A stretch of 64,000 nucleotides of DNA, taken from positions 186,001-250,000 of the forward strand of contig RSEE01000002.1 in assembly GCA_003971905.1 (NCBI GenBank), in the 5' to 3' direction. Each line of letters opens with the position of its first letter. Positions within the stretch are counted from its first letter, which is position 1. The notes below the pieces were generated by a model that was given only the letters and a program-made list of their open reading frames with translations, ran no database searches and was not told where the DNA came from. Shown in pieces: positions 12,695 through 25,287 of this stretch. Source of the DNA: Moniliella sp. 'wahieum' (lineage: Eukaryota). The position numbers and the translations under genes were made by a program.

Positions 12695-13865
12695 ATGAGT
12701 GTCCTCCTCGCCACGGGGGTACGACCAGTACGTGCGGACGGGTGCAGTCGCTTGCCTTGGCCTACTAATCCCAGGTTGTTGTCTCTCTTTTTCTCAGCAC
12801 CATCCGGTTCTGGAAGCGTGGAGCGGCCTGTGTTCGCGCACGGTGGCCTATGGCGACTCGGCGGTCAACACGTTGACCATCAGTCCCAACAAGCACTGGC
12901 TTGCGGCCGGGGGGTACAAAAAGATCCGCGTCTACGACTGTGCCATCTCTGCCCCACCCGTTCATCGACTGCCGTGGTGAATGCGAATGGAAATGTGAAT
13001 GTGAATATGAATGCGAATGCGGCGCGTTCGACCGGTGACGCGCCCGTGCTTCAAATCCCTGCCACCGACGACGGCAACGTGATGGCGCTGCTGTGGCAGA
13101 TGGACGCTCGTTGGCTCGCCAGTGGCTCGGACGATGGCACGGTCAAGATCTGGGGCATTCGCATGCCCAGCCTCAAACCTACCCGCTCCTACACCACCAC
13201 CGACGGTGGCGTGAACGACTTGGCGATCAACCCCAACCAAGGCGAGATTGTAGCGTGCGACCAAGCTGGCATGATCAAAATTTGGGATTTGGCCAAGAAC
13301 CATTGCACCCACGACATTTCGCCCGTCGACCAGGGCGTTCGGATTCCCATCCGTTCCGTCTCGGTCGCTCTAGATGGCTCGTTTCTCTGCGCGGGCGACG
13401 AGAGGGGAAGTGTATGCGTGTGGAGGCTAAGCCAATCCCAGCCCAGCGCTTCAGCGGACGCATCAGACTTGCCACCAACTACCGTACAACGCAACCGCAA
13501 CCGCAACTGCAACCGCAAGACGAGTTTCAGCTGCAACCCGCTAGCCAGTTCCGTGCCCATGCCGAACGCGAGTTTTTGACCAAGTGCCGGATCAGTCCCG
13601 ATTCCCACTGGCTCGCCACCACCTCGTCCGACAAGACGATCAAGATTTGGAAACGGGGCCGAAGTTTGAGTTTCGGCCGGACAAGGTGCTGGTGGGCCAT
13701 CAACGATGGGTATGGGACGCGGCCTTTAGCGCCGACTCGGCCTACTTGGTCAGCGCCAGTTCCGACAATACCGCCCGCCTGTGGGAATTGGCTTCGGGCG
13801 TCACAGTTCGCCAGTATACGGCGCATCGCGCGCTGGTAGCTGTCTCGCTCAACGATCATCGTTGA
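12695..13865 (+). CDS. LST8: TOR complex subunit LST8 (WD40 repeat)
   Basis: MSVLLATG(G)[90 protein letters not shown]. Intron about 12728-12797; frameshifts present. Confidence 0.93.
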
Positions 13866-13867
13866 TT

Positions 13868-13891
13868 CTAACTAGTTATACTAGTTACTAG
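13868..13891. repeat. TAA/TTA-CTAG heptamer array directly after the LST8 stop
   Basis: ctaactagttatactagttactag. Confidence 0.75.
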
Positions 13892-14287
13892 GCACTGCTG
13901 TTCCGGAGGTTCATTCCCCCTGGACCCACCCACGGCCCATCTTCCTCTGATTCTTCCCTCTCGCCCATGTCCTCGCCTTATTGAGGACGACGAATGTCAC
14001 GACCTCGCATACCCTGTACGAGACATGTGCGCCCAGGGGGCTTCCATAGCTGGTGCAAGTGTCAGGTGCCATCATATTGGATAGATACATCACACATGGT
14101 GATCCCCATGGGCCCAGACCAGCTGGACCGGCCGGCAAAACCCGGATGAGAACTGCAACACCTCCAGAGGACAGAAACTCCTACACCATGGATGGGATAT
14201 AAGACAGAATGGCATAAGAGCAGGGGGGGGGGAAGGGAAGGGAAGGGAAAAGAAGGGTGGGGGAATCCAGTAATCGAGAATCAAAGA

Positions 14288-17252
14288 CTACCCCTGGAAC
14301 GAGCGAATGGTACGGGAGAAATGCATCATACAAAGAGAGGGGAACGATGCAACACTGTGCGGGGTGTCTATGATTATCATGACAGGTGACAGGTTCGAGA
14401 GGTTAAGAGGGGTATCAGGGAGAAAGGGAAGGAATGGGTACATGGGTGAGTAAGGGTATGCAGGCATCTCGAAGCTTGATGCAACAGGCGGAACGAGGTC
14501 CTGCGTCCGGCGCGGGCCGAACACGAGAATGGCGCAGGCCCAACGAGACGAGTTGGGTGTATAAACCGGGCAACGGCGGTGCCAAGCCCCCATCATGGGA
14601 TAACTTTGAGAGGAGAGGTGAGCAAAGGGAAGAGGATGTTCCACATAGCCGAGCGAGCTCATGCAGGGATTTTCACGGTGGTGGGCAGGGGTGAAGGAGT
14701 GGGCGTCAATACACAAGGTAAGTGACCCGAGTGCGGTTCGGTCGGGCCAGCAATGGCCACGGAGTGGTTCACTTCCTAGTGGATACGAGAGTGACCTTGG
14801 CTGTGGGCTGACCTTGGTCTGAGAAGACTGGCTAGGTAAGAGGATCCTTCCGATCGACGGATCAATGGGGAAGGAAGGTCGAGGAGTGAATCGCGAACGC
14901 AGCCGCGACCGCTTCGTGCTGACCGAGGGCGCCAAACTCTCCGGACGAGGAACAGAATGAATGGTGGAATCGTTGGAGGTAGATGTGCCCAAGTTGGCCG
15001 TGTGCAAAGACGGATTATGTTGGTTGCTCTCCTCCTCCGATTCCAGGCCTGACGGAACACGAGGTGGGCGTTGAAGGAGAGAAGCCAACCGTCTCCGCGT
15101 CTGACGTGAGACGCGCGGGAGAGAAGAGGAGTAGGGCGCATGGCTTGTGCCACTCGAACAGGGGGAGAAGAAAGCGTCGTGCTCATCGGCGTCGAGCAGA
15201 CGCTGGCCGAGGGAAATGAGATAAAGTGTCCAAGTCGTTAGTGGAACGGTGCCAATGGGAGGAGTGAGAGGTGGTTCTGGCTCTTTCCTTTTCCAGGGAA
15301 CGTTGATCGCCCTCGGTTTTAGGGCGCCGCTTCATATCATCATGCTCTTCATCGGGATCACCATGGCTTTGGTAACTTCCGGCTGATGAGTACGGTGCAT
15401 AGGACGAGGAACAAGTTCCGTGGGGGTCATCTTCTGCCACCGACGACTGCGATGACCGTCGGGAAATTGGCCGATACCAGGCAGGTGAAGATAGCTGGGG
15501 CAAAGGAGGGTTGAAAGAATGACTCGCGTCAGATTCCTCCGTGTCAAAGGGTGAACCTAACACGGCGTCAGACACCGGCAAAGTGGTCTGTGCGGTTGGA
15601 CTCGACCATCCGGATGGTTGAAGATTGGGGGTCGGAGTGGGCGTCTTGGCCTCAATGTGCGAGGAGGAACTCGCGGCCTGGTTGCGCTCGGCATCCATCC
15701 TCTCATCCGAGTCAGAGCAAATAGACAAATCCGTTAACCGCATAGCATCGGTCCAGTGAGAAGCACGGGGATCGTCATCCTCTTCGGTTGTCCAGGAGCA
15801 TTCAGACAAAGAATGGTGATAGGCAGTGGATCCAGAGACTACATCCTCCTCGGAACAGCCGGGGCCGGAGACGTGCATGGATTGTCCGGTGGTACTCTTG
15901 CGAGAGGAGACGGATGGCGTGGGGGATCCGCATTTGTTGCTCCCGAACCCATTGGGTGTGCGCCCATTCACCCAGTCCTGTGCCCGATAGACGGATGCTC
16001 AGGCGGGGGGGAGCGTATCCGTCCGGTGCATGTAGGTGCACGGCTGAATGCGGCTCCGGGGCGTGCTCGCTGGCTGCGTACTCAACCTCTTCACTTGCGG
16101 CATCCTCCTGGGAGCTGCTCGGGCCAAAGGCGAGCCCAGGCCTTGGATGTCAACACTGTTGGTTTGTTCGAGCATAGCGCATTCTCGCTTTGCATCCGCA
16201 CCCCCAGACCACATGCCTGACGAAGGGAGTCCTTCAAGTGCTTGTCCCCAATTGGGGTGGCCAAATTGTCTGATAGAGGCACACATGAATGCATTAGCAT
16301 ACACAATCGTAACGGGATATAGGATCTAGAGACGCACCTTCATCAATGCAAGCAGCACCTAGTGTAGTGCAAATGCTTGAAATGGCTCCCGCACCAGGCT
16401 CGGGGACGTCGGGTTCGCCCAGACACCCAGCGGGGTGGACGTATAGGCCCACGGCGTGAAGGGTGTTGTTGCAGAGGGCAAATCAATCGGGTCCACTTGC
16501 AGCATACTGTCCCGTTCCCCTCGGCAAGCAAACGACAAAGGCGAAGAAGGTAGGATTCCCTCCGTCGACGGATCGCGCCGCACTTTATTTTCACCCGCCT
16601 CCCGCGTCTGGTTGGACCGGCCAAACAGTTCGTTGAGGAGGGTGGCAGAGCGAAAGCGAACACTCCCACTTTCTTTGTTGGCCTCCATCGAACCACCGTG
16701 AAGGTCAACTGGGCGTTTCGCCGCGTGAGAGTAAGTACTAGCTGATCTAGGCTTGGGCGTAGGACGAGCGGCGGCGGGAGTGCCGGAAGTGGAAGGAGAA
16801 AGAAGCACCAACGAGGCCAATGCTCGCAGAGAGTTGGGTGTCTTAGGGGCTTGGCGTTTGAGCCCGGGCGCGGATCGTCTGTGGTGGGAGCGGGTGGGCG
16901 AGGGGAATGCAGTCTTGGTTGACTGCATGTCGTCCTCAGAACTCAGGCGCTCGGTCGGAGAGCTTTGGGGACCTGGAAAAGCAGTGGGGTCGAAGTACAG
17001 TGGTGCGGCCAACGGCTCCTCAGTCGAAGGGGTGATGACGGCTGAGGACGAAGCGGTTGACCCCGGAGACGAAGGAAGAGTGGGCTGCATGCTGCTCAAC
17101 TTGGCGGATGGAAGCGTCAGAAGGACCTGGCGCCGTTTTTTGCGGGACGAGATGGCGGGCGACGGGAGCTGAGAGTGAGCTGGGGAGGGCGGCGACGCAG
17201 GCGGGGAGGCATTGGACTGAAGAGGGGTGGTGTCGCGGGCGCTGGTGGTCAT
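14288..17252 (-). CDS. Hypothetical Ser/Pro-rich low-complexity protein (frameshifted)
   Basis: Chain of overlapping minus-strand ORFs (16359-17252, 15183-15971, 14776-15186, 14288-15088) with consistent S/P/T-rich composition; no domain recognised; 3' end uncertain. Confidence 0.55.
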
Positions 17253-17569
17253 GCCGAGCGGAGGCGAAAGGGCAGGCGGGTGGGTCGGGGGGGCTGCGCC
17301 ATGGTGGGCCTAGGGAAAGGAGGGGCGAGCTGGAGGAGGGGCAGCAGTCGAGAGCAAAAAAGGGGCGGGCGAGACAAGGGGAGCGGCGGTCTGGAAGGGT
17401 GGGAATGCGGTGGTGGCAGACAGAGGCGGTGGGTTAACTAGGTGGCCGCGCGAAAAACATCGCAACACTAACCGAGGAGCTGACAGGCGAAGGACGTGCA
17501 CGGAGTACTGGCGTGTGGCTTCCCCAGTGTTGTATAAATTTTCTGGCTCGGGTGCGCTTTCGTGTTAGG

Positions 17570-17668
17570 CTTAGCGCTCAGGCTCAGGCGCAGCCCTCGT
17601 GCTGAGCCCAGACGTGACGCGTGATGCATGATGGTGCTGACGCACTGAACGTACTGATGCACTGATGC
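17570..17668. repeat. Mixed in-register heptamer array
   Basis: tta-gcgc-tca; tga-cgcg-tga-tgca-tga (17615-17631); followed by ctga-spaced degenerate units. Confidence 0.75.
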
Positions 17669-18963
17669 CCCCAGGGCGGCTTACCTATCGAGCAGCGGAT
17701 CGGTTGATCTCTGTAGGCTCGTAGGCTCAGTTGAGCGCTTAGTGGGAGCAACAGAGCACGGAGTTGTGCGTGTACCAATCCACATCGCGATCCCCTCGAT
17801 CGGCTTTCTCAGGATCGTGTCAGGCCCCAGCCGAGCGCAGGCGTGCGCAGGCGCAGGCTGGGCCACACGAGGCCCCAGACGACCCATGTGTTGATCGCTG
17901 TCACTCACCGGTCATATTCATCCGTCCATCATCGATCCCATGTCTTCCTCGTACCAAGAGAGATGCCGATACCCTTTGCCTAACGCCCATCACCCTTTTC
18001 AACCGACAGGGCATTGCCCTGCACCAGACAGCCGCTCGTGAGTCGCTACTTGGCGCTTGGCCCTCCTGCGTATGGCTGGCGCCGTGGGATGGCAAATGGA
18101 GGCCCCTGGAAAGCCTGACACCTGCGGGAGGTGGTGCATGGTGAGCCGGTGAGGCCTGAGGCGACGGCAAAAAAAGGCATGGCAGACATGGCCTGCGAAA
18201 CACAACATCGACATACAACTACCGTAAACCGGTTACCATACCGGTACCTAGTAACTGGTCACTACCGTCCACAGCCACTTGAAACCTGTGGGAGGCAGCC
18301 TGGACGAGTCTGGACTTGGACAGCTGTCTGTATGGGCACCGACCTGAGCGGCCTATGGCTTGACGGCCTGACGCGTGATGGATGATCGATGACGGAGCTG
18401 GATTTTGAGTCTCAAAAAGTATCGTGTGCACCTGCATGTGGATGCGCCAGCAGGCGCTAGCTCGTCCTTTTCATGTCCCACCCAGGGGACAGGCCGCCGC
18501 ACTTTTCGTACCTGACGTGGACGCGATGTGTGTTTTGGAATCCGGGGTTCTCGCTCGAGCCGACAAGGGTTTGGCGTTTCCTGTGGAGGGCGAGCAAAGC
18601 ACCCTCGTTTCCAGGGGACATGGGGCAGCCGCTGGCAGCCCAGGGGCAGTCTTGCCTGCCCACACATGTGTCAATGTCAACCCGCTTACCGGGTTCATCG
18701 GCACCGGACCAGCCCAGCAACCCCGAAGCTCGGAAGCCAGACCCTTGCCCCCGCCCCAATATGAGTTCAACAGCTTAACGTTTAACGTTCAATGTCAACT
18801 CCGTACTCAAACACTCGGTACTCGACGTCCAGCCTTTCAACCCTTCCAGCTGGCGGCGACGATGCTGCTGACGCGATGGGGTACGTACAACCACCACCGT
18901 CCCTTCTACTGCGACAGACAAGGGGTACCCGGATGATTTGCTACATCGGTCGTCTTTCAAATT

Positions 18964-19017
18964 TCACTAGTCACTAGTCACTTGTCTAGTCACTAGTCAC
19001 TAGTCACTAGGTCACTA
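18964..19017. repeat. (TCA-CTAG)n heptamer array
   Basis: tcactagtcactagtcacttgtctagtcactagtcactagtcactaggtcacta. Confidence 0.92.
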
Positions 19018-19672
19018 CACACACTATTAGTGGCTAATGGGTAATGGCCAGCACCACCACATAAACATGTCAATCCACCATCTGCGTCATCGCATCATCA
19101 CATGTTCTGGCCTACGATCCTACGACGAGACTGACAATTGCTTTTTGACGTTTCTTCTACCAGCCCGCAGTACAGAAGGCACCGGAATAGCTAGCTGCTC
19201 GAGAATGCTTTTGCCCATTTTACTGACGGCTCCTGATCTACCGGTTACCCCCCGTCGGTTACGCGCGCCTCACACATCAACGTTCAACCAACGTCGATCA
19301 GATCGATCATCATAGCTCTGGGCGAAAGGAGTGTCTAGCCAGCATTCCAGGATCCATACGCCAAAGAGTGAATGGGTGCAACGAATGCATGAAGTTTTAC
19401 TCATCAGCTTAGTTGAAAAGCGTACAAATACAGGTGAATGCGACGGATATATGAGGCACCAAAAGAGGTGGGGAAGGGGGGGGTAGCAGAGGATCATGGT
19501 ACCGGTAACCCGGTAGAGTCATGGATGCGCTTGTGCAGACAGGGGGCAGGCCCAGTGTTGAAAGAGCGGGGGGGGGCGTCCAGTGTTGAAAGGACAGGCA
19601 AGGGACACGACTAAGGAGCAGAAACCGAGATGTCCGACCAAAGGCCTTCAAACCCGAGCAGGTAGGAACCGT

Positions 19673-20986
19673 TTAGTAGCGGTAGTGGTCCGCCTTGTAA
19701 GGCCCGTCAACGTTCAGGTCGAGGTACTTGGCCTGGGCGTCGGTGAGCTTGGTGAGCTGCACACGCAGCTTAGAAAGGTGCGCCAGGGCAACTTCCTCAT
19801 CGAGCTTCTTGGGAAGCATGTACACCTCGCCCGCCTTGTACTTGCCGTCGGTGTTGTTCTTCCACAGCTCAATCTGAGCAAGGGTCTGGTTGCAGAACGA
19901 GGCACTCATGATGAACGAAGGGTGGCCCGTCGCGCAGCCAAGGTTGACCAGACGGCCCTCGGCCAGGAGAATGACATGGCGGCCCGACTTCATCTCGAAC
20001 CGGTCAACCTGGGGCTTGATGTTGACAACTCCCTTGGCGTTGGCCTTGAGCCAGGCCACGTCAATCTCCACGTCAAAGTGACCAATGTTGCAGACAATCG
20101 CGTCGTCACGCATCGCCTCAAAGTGACGGCCGACGATAATGTCCCGGTTGCCCGTGGTGGTAACAAAGATGTCGGCGTACGACGCGACATTGTCCATCAG
20201 GTCAACCTGGTAGCCAGCCATGGCAGCCTGGAGGGCGTTGATGGGGTCAATCTCGGTAACAATCACACGGCAGCCGTAGCCACGCAGCGACTCGGCGCAG
20301 CCCTTGCCCACGTCACCAAAGCCAGCGACGACGGCCGTCTTGCCGCCGAGCATGACGTCAGTGGCGCGCTTGATGCCATCCACCAGCGACTCACGGCACC
20401 CATAGTAGTTGTCAAACTTGGACTTGGTCACCGAGTCGTTCACATTGATGGCAGGCAGCTTGAGCTCACCCTTGCGCGAGGCAATGTACAGGTGGTGAAC
20501 ACCCGTCGTGGTCTCCTCCGAGAGACCCTTAATGTCCTTGAGGAGCTCGGGGTGCTCGTTGTGCACCTTCCAGGTGAGGTCACCACCATCGTCGAGGATC
20601 ATGTTGAGGGGCTTGCCCGAGGGGAAAACGTCGTTCTTCAGCGTCTGCTCAATGCACCAGTTGTACTCCTCCTCCGTTTCGCCCTTCCAGGCGAAGACAG
20701 GGATGCCAGCAGCAGCAATCGCAGCCGCAGCGTGGTCCTGGGTAGAGAAGATGTTGCAGGACGACCAGGCAACCTCAGCACCAAGAGCGACCAGCGTCTC
20801 GATCAGGACGGCAGTCTGGATGGTCATGTGGAGGCAGCCAGCCACGCGCGCACCCTTGAGGGGCTGGCTCGGGCCGTACTTCTCGCGGAGCTGCATCAGG
20901 CCAGGCATCTCGCCCTCAGCGATGGTGATCTCCTTGCGCCCGAAGGCGGCAAGGGAGATGTCGGCGACCTTGAAGTTGGTGGACAT
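19673..20986 (-). CDS. SAH1: Adenosylhomocysteinase (S-adenosylhomocysteine hydrolase), intronless and intact
   Basis: [97 protein letters not shown]-terminal HYRY*; strong codon bias. Confidence 0.99.
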   Translation of the reverse strand: MSTNFKVADISLAAFGRKEITIAEGEMPGLMQLREKYGPSQPLKGARVAGCLHMTIQTAVLIETLVALGAEVAWSSCNIFSTQDHAAAAIAAAGIPVFAWKGETEEEYNWCIEQTLKNDVFPSGKPLNMILDDGGDLTWKVHNEHPELLKDIKGLSEETTTGVHHLYIASRKGELKLPAINVNDSVTKSKFDNYYGCRESLVDGIKRATDVMLGGKTAVVAGFGDVGKGCAESLRGYGCRVIVTEIDPINALQAAMAGYQVDLMDNVASYADIFVTTTGNRDIIVGRHFEAMRDDAIVCNIGHFDVEIDVAWLKANAKGVVNIKPQVDRFEMKSGRHVILLAEGRLVNLGCATGHPSFIMSASFCNQTLAQIELWKNNTDGKYKAGEVYMLPKKLDEEVALAHLSKLRVQLTKLTDAQAKYLDLNVDGPYKADHYRY

Positions 20987-21072
20987 GGCTGTGGTGTGAG
21001 GGAGGGAAAGGCAGAGGAGGAATGGGGTGCGTGGTGGGGAGACGAGAGTGCCCGCGCACGGGACGGGCGGAA

Positions 21073-21078
21073 TATATA
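21073..21078 (-). promoter_or_regulatory. Probable TATA box of SAH1 in the divergent SAH1/SOM1 promoter
   Basis: TATATA about 90 nt upstream of the SAH1 ATG in otherwise GC-rich DNA. Confidence 0.55.
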
Positions 21079-21381
21079 CGGGGCCTGTTGGCCGGGGCCA
21101 TGGCGGTTTCGGCGGGAAGAAAAATTGACTAGCCGACTGCGGCCACAGGGGCAGTCTGCTGCGGGTTCCGGGGGGTGGGAGCGTGACAGCGCCCAAGCCC
21201 CGCGCCTGCCCCGTGCACCGTGCACACTGACCCTATGCGCCGCAACCTCCACGTGCACACTCGCCCTTTTGGCGTTGAAATTTGAACGGCGAAGGTTGAA
21301 TCTTGCAGATTCTTAGGGGCCATCTTACCTCAGCAGCACCTGCACCTCCGCTTTGGTAACATTTCAGTCCATCCTCCCGCC

Positions 21382-21805
21382 ATGGACGCTTGGACATCTC
21401 GCGCCCCCCCCCCTCCTATGCAATCGCCAACCCCACCGACAGGCCTCCGCCAGTCATCCCTCCCGATGGCCTCCACGTCCACCTGCGAGCTGGCCACTGT
21501 CCCCCAATTTGACTGTGTCCTAGTGGGTGCTCGGCCTGTAGTTTCCGACGGAAAAGAGGCGCTACGAGGCGACCGCATTGTGTGCCGCCCCATCGAACGC
21601 ATCTTCCACCGCTGCCTCAACCAGCCCGCCGTCGAGGTTACGCATTTGGTCCACTTTGATGCTGCTGGCCAGCCCCATCTTCCCCCGAGGCCGCTCCCTA
21701 GCAGTATGTTCTACCCTTGCGGCGACATCTTTCTCGCTATACGTCCTGACCTATCACTTCACATGGAGGATGGCAATGAACACAAAAGAAGGAATGCGAT
21801 CGTAA
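21382..21805 (+). CDS. SOM1: Mitochondrial inner-membrane peptidase accessory subunit Som1-like protein
   Basis: Cys pattern CELATVPQFDC...IVCRPIERIFHRC...AVEVT matches the Som1 family as I recall it (CxLxxxxQ[WFY][ED]C...VCxPxxRxFxxC...EVT). GTATGT donor at 21704 suggests the real CDS is shorter than the 247-aa ORF; 3' exon uncertain. Confidence 0.72.
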
Positions 21806-22902
21806 CAACAGTGCCCCAAGTTTTGCTCGCCTTGGACGAAGACGACCGGGTACCCCCATATTATGAGTCAGGGTCTTATCGTCTACATGGATCACTGGTC
21901 TCTCTTCCCCCCCGCCCTGTGCTGTTAAGGCTTGGCGACGTCTCGGACTTCCCGGGCAAAGTGCGTTCCATGTCAGCCCAGCGGGACCAAGCCGGCAGAT
22001 GGACGTCATGTCCGGCCACTCTCCCTGCCTTCAGTGTTGTGGGAAGAGATGATGCCGCGGCTACTTTACCAGACAGAGTTCATCTCTTTAGTTTTGACAA
22101 GAGCGCGTTCAGATCTCAGACCTGAAATGGGCATGAAGCTCAGTGGGAGGAGAGTAAGCACTGACGCTCTCCGGTATGGGTGCTTTGGCGGCAATTGTCC
22201 CGGTGACGCGAGGATGAACTGATCTGTATATAGCCTTGGTGTTCTCCGATTCGTCGCTGTCTGATGAGGCGTGCCCTGCAAGGCTTCTCGCTCGATGTCT
22301 GAACCACATATGAGATCGCATCAATTTGAGCAGGAACTTGAAGCTTGAAGCTTGACAGCTTGACCCCTGACCGCGGTGATGCGGCAGAGAATCACCTTTC
22401 TCATACACTCGCACGCAGCCAACTGCATCGCTACATCCTGCTTACTCTTGCTGAATGGTAAGGCGTTGCAGGTGACCCAGACGGAACGGGGGGAGGCGTT
22501 TCTCGTTCGTTCGAAACGCCGCGAGGTGTGAAGTGGAGGACGTGCTGGGGAACAGTACTGCACACCACAGATAAGGAAAGGAGGCGCTCGTGTCGAAAGA
22601 GGAGGGTGGGCTAGAGCATCAGGCTGGCTCGGTAGGCCATCAAGCTTCAAGGCTTGAAAAGGGCCCGTGGAGGTCACGCGGAGGGGCTGGCCCGAGCTGC
22701 TGGGTGTGGTGATGACGCCGTGTGGAGCTGCCTCAGGCCGCGCATGCGACCCAAATTAATAAGCCCTACTTTGTGGGGAGGGGTTCGAACCCTAGCAGAC
22801 CCTAGCGCTCGCAGCCGTTACGTCATCCGTTGCTGGCCCCGTGCAGGGGGTGAGCGTGGCCGCTGGGCTCCTGTGCGGATTCGCTGGGCCGACGCACCAG
22901 GG

Positions 22903-23414
22903 ATGGGGGGCCGGGGACCGGGGACCGGTGACCCAGGAGAGCCCGGGCAGTCCGCCGATTGGCCGGCGGACGCCGCAGCGCAGGCCGTCAGGCAGGCTGC
23001 CATCGTTGGGCTGCGCCGCCACCGCCTCCCAGCATGCCCACCCCGTCGCCAGCAGCACGTGGCACCCGACGACGGCTTATCCACCCGCCTGGCCTGCGCC
23101 ACCCTCGACGACCCCACCCCCACCCCCACCCCCGCCCAGCACGCCTACGTTGCGCCCCAGCCGCCGCCGCTCGCGCCCCCGCGGCCCGTCGATGCCGACA
23201 CAGCCACTCGCTCCACTCGCTCGTTCTCGATCCTGCCCCCTCCCACCCTCCCCCACCCGGCCAGCCAGCGCCTTCTGCTTCCCATCCCCCTGCCCCTCCG
23301 ATCCGTCTCTCCAGCCCGAGCCCTTGAGCATTGCTGATGCCCTGAAGCACCCGTTGCATACCCCCTTGGTCGGCCCCGATGCCCGACCATCGACGCTGGA
23401 CGATGCGTACGACG

Positions 23415-23448
<34 letters not shown>

Positions 23449-24561
23449 CTCTGGATATGGGTACGGCTATGGCGGCGCGTACGATGCATACGACGGCAAC
23501 GTGTACGTGGGCAAGTATGGGCCGCTGCCGCCGGGCATCCTACCCAACAGTCGCCGAGCTCGGGCCATTGCCGATCACGATGGACGCGAAAGCATGGTGT
23601 CCGACTTGGACGTGGATACACTTCGGCTCGACGGCGCATCGACCCGCTCCCGGTCCAGTCGGTGGAGCTTCGCTGCCACTTCGGCCGCGCCCAGCGGGGC
23701 AGCGGTGGATCGGGCTCGGGCGGAGCCAGTGTGAGCGTTCCTGTCGAAGGCGTTGGCAAGGCGGCTGGGTCTCGCTCGGGAGGCCCCGGTGCACCGACAG
23801 GTCGCCAACAGGCGGCACCCAGCATCGCAACCGACTCCCAGTCGCTTTATACGGCCATGAGCCACATCTCTGCTTCCACCTCGGAACCGGGCGGTCACGA
23901 GCCACGCGGGCGTCCAAATTGGCTGGGTCCAACTTGGCTACCACGCCCGAGGAGCCGGCTAAGACGGGGCCGGCTCTGGCCGAGGAGTACCTGAGCAAAG
24001 GAATTACGTACCATGAACAAGGCGATATGACCCGCTCTGCATTTACTTTGAACGCAGCGCCAAGATTGAGGGCGGGTGCGTGGTGGGTATGTGCATGTGG
24101 GGACTCACCTTGCGCGAAGGTTGGGGCGCCCGCAAGGATCCCAAGCGTGGATTTGAATGGATTCAAATGGCCGCTGCGCGGGCCGGGGAGTTGTCGAATC
24201 GGGCCGGAACGGGTGGGGCGGAGCTCAAAGCGATACGCGTATGTGATCTGTTCTCGTTCCCTTGCGTTGATTGCTGACCTGGTTGGTGCAGTCGGAGCTC
24301 AAGCTAGCTGTGTACGAGCTTGGCAAGTGCCACTGCTATGGATGGGGCACCAAGAAGGACCCCCAAACTGCTTTGGGCTACTTTGAGCTGGCTGCTCGAT
24401 TGGGCGATGTGGACGCCCAAGCGGAGGCAGGCGCCTTGTACTATGCTGGCAAGGGCTGCAAGAAAGACCTCAAAAAGGCGGCGATGTACTATCGCATGGC
24501 GGAGAAGCAAGGGTATGACACGGTCGGTCTTTCGTGGATCTGGAAGGAAAAGTATAATTGA
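22903..24561 (+). CDS. Sel1-repeat protein, Dsf2/Nif1-like
   Basis: AEEYLSKGITYHEQGD, CMWGLTLREGWGARKDPKRGFEW, AVYELGKCHCYGWGTKKDPQTALGYFELAARLGDVDAQAEAG, C-terminal GLSWIWKEKYN*. Intron GTATGT 24239 to TGCAG 24291; start uncertain. Confidence 0.85.
23417..23473 (+). repeat. Coding (GGGTAT)n microsatellite encoding (GY)n
   Basis: gggtatgggtatgggtatgggtatgggtatggctctggatatgggtacggctatggc. Confidence 0.85.
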
Positions 24562-25220
24562 GCAGGTCCATCGCCCTGCCACCCCTGACCTCATTTTTTT
24601 CCTGCCTCGAGCGACTCCTGGTGAATGCCACCATTTTGTATTCCAAGCAGCTTCCATCTCTCTACGTTCCGGCCCAGAGCCTGAGTCCAATGCTGCTGCG
24701 CCCTTCCCTGTGTTTCCAGCGCCCTATGGGCCCATCATGCGCGGGACCCTCCGTTCTTTTCTTCCACTGCTTCCTCCTCGTGCGGTGACACAGCCCACTC
24801 CTCCTTTCTCCTCTGTCTTCATTCGCAGGTCCCTCGGCCTATCTTCGGATCAGGTACATGTGTCCCTGGCCGCGGATGGTTGATCGTTGGGTCCCCCCCA
24901 TCCATATGTACACCATCCCACAATGTGCGCGTCCTTCATTCCCGCTTTCGCATCGCACCTACATCGACCCCAAATCCCCATATTCGAATACTGTTCCTTC
25001 CAGCTCAAGCTTCCAGCTCTCTCTCAATGATCGGCGTTTGTATTGATACAGCTTTTATAGCCAGAGTACCCAGTCGCGCGTCGTAAGTTATAGAAAACGA
25101 CAAGGCACTTTTGTACATTAATCAGGTACTGCCCACAGCCCACTTGTGTCGGCACCCATCTTTCCCCGATGCACACCCAGTACAGGAATGTCGATGATTC
25201 CATGAGGGGGGTGGAGCCAA

Positions 25221-25287
25221 TGAAGCTTGAAGTTGAAATTTGAAGCTGAAGCTTGAAGCTTGAAGCTTGAAGCTTGAAGCTTGAAGC
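25221..25287. repeat. (TGA-AGCT)n heptamer array
   Basis: Five perfect TGAAGCT units at 25247-25281 plus degenerate units, including TGA-AATT-TGA. Confidence 0.95.

Noticed and set aside
19673..21196. 507-aa extended SAH1 with 70 extra N-terminal residues
   Set aside because: Family homology starts at [10 protein letters not shown] (20986); the extension uses a non-ATG start and spans the TATA box.
19583..21316. 577-aa plus-strand ORF
   Set aside because: Exact antisense shadow of the strongly codon-biased SAH1 gene; no independent protein features.
199..25287. Heptamer arrays as CRISPR, telomeric repeats or cloning polylinkers
   Set aside because: No repeat-spacer structure, no single G-rich telomere unit, and the restriction-site-like hexamers are dispersed, degenerate and embedded in native intergenic DNA.
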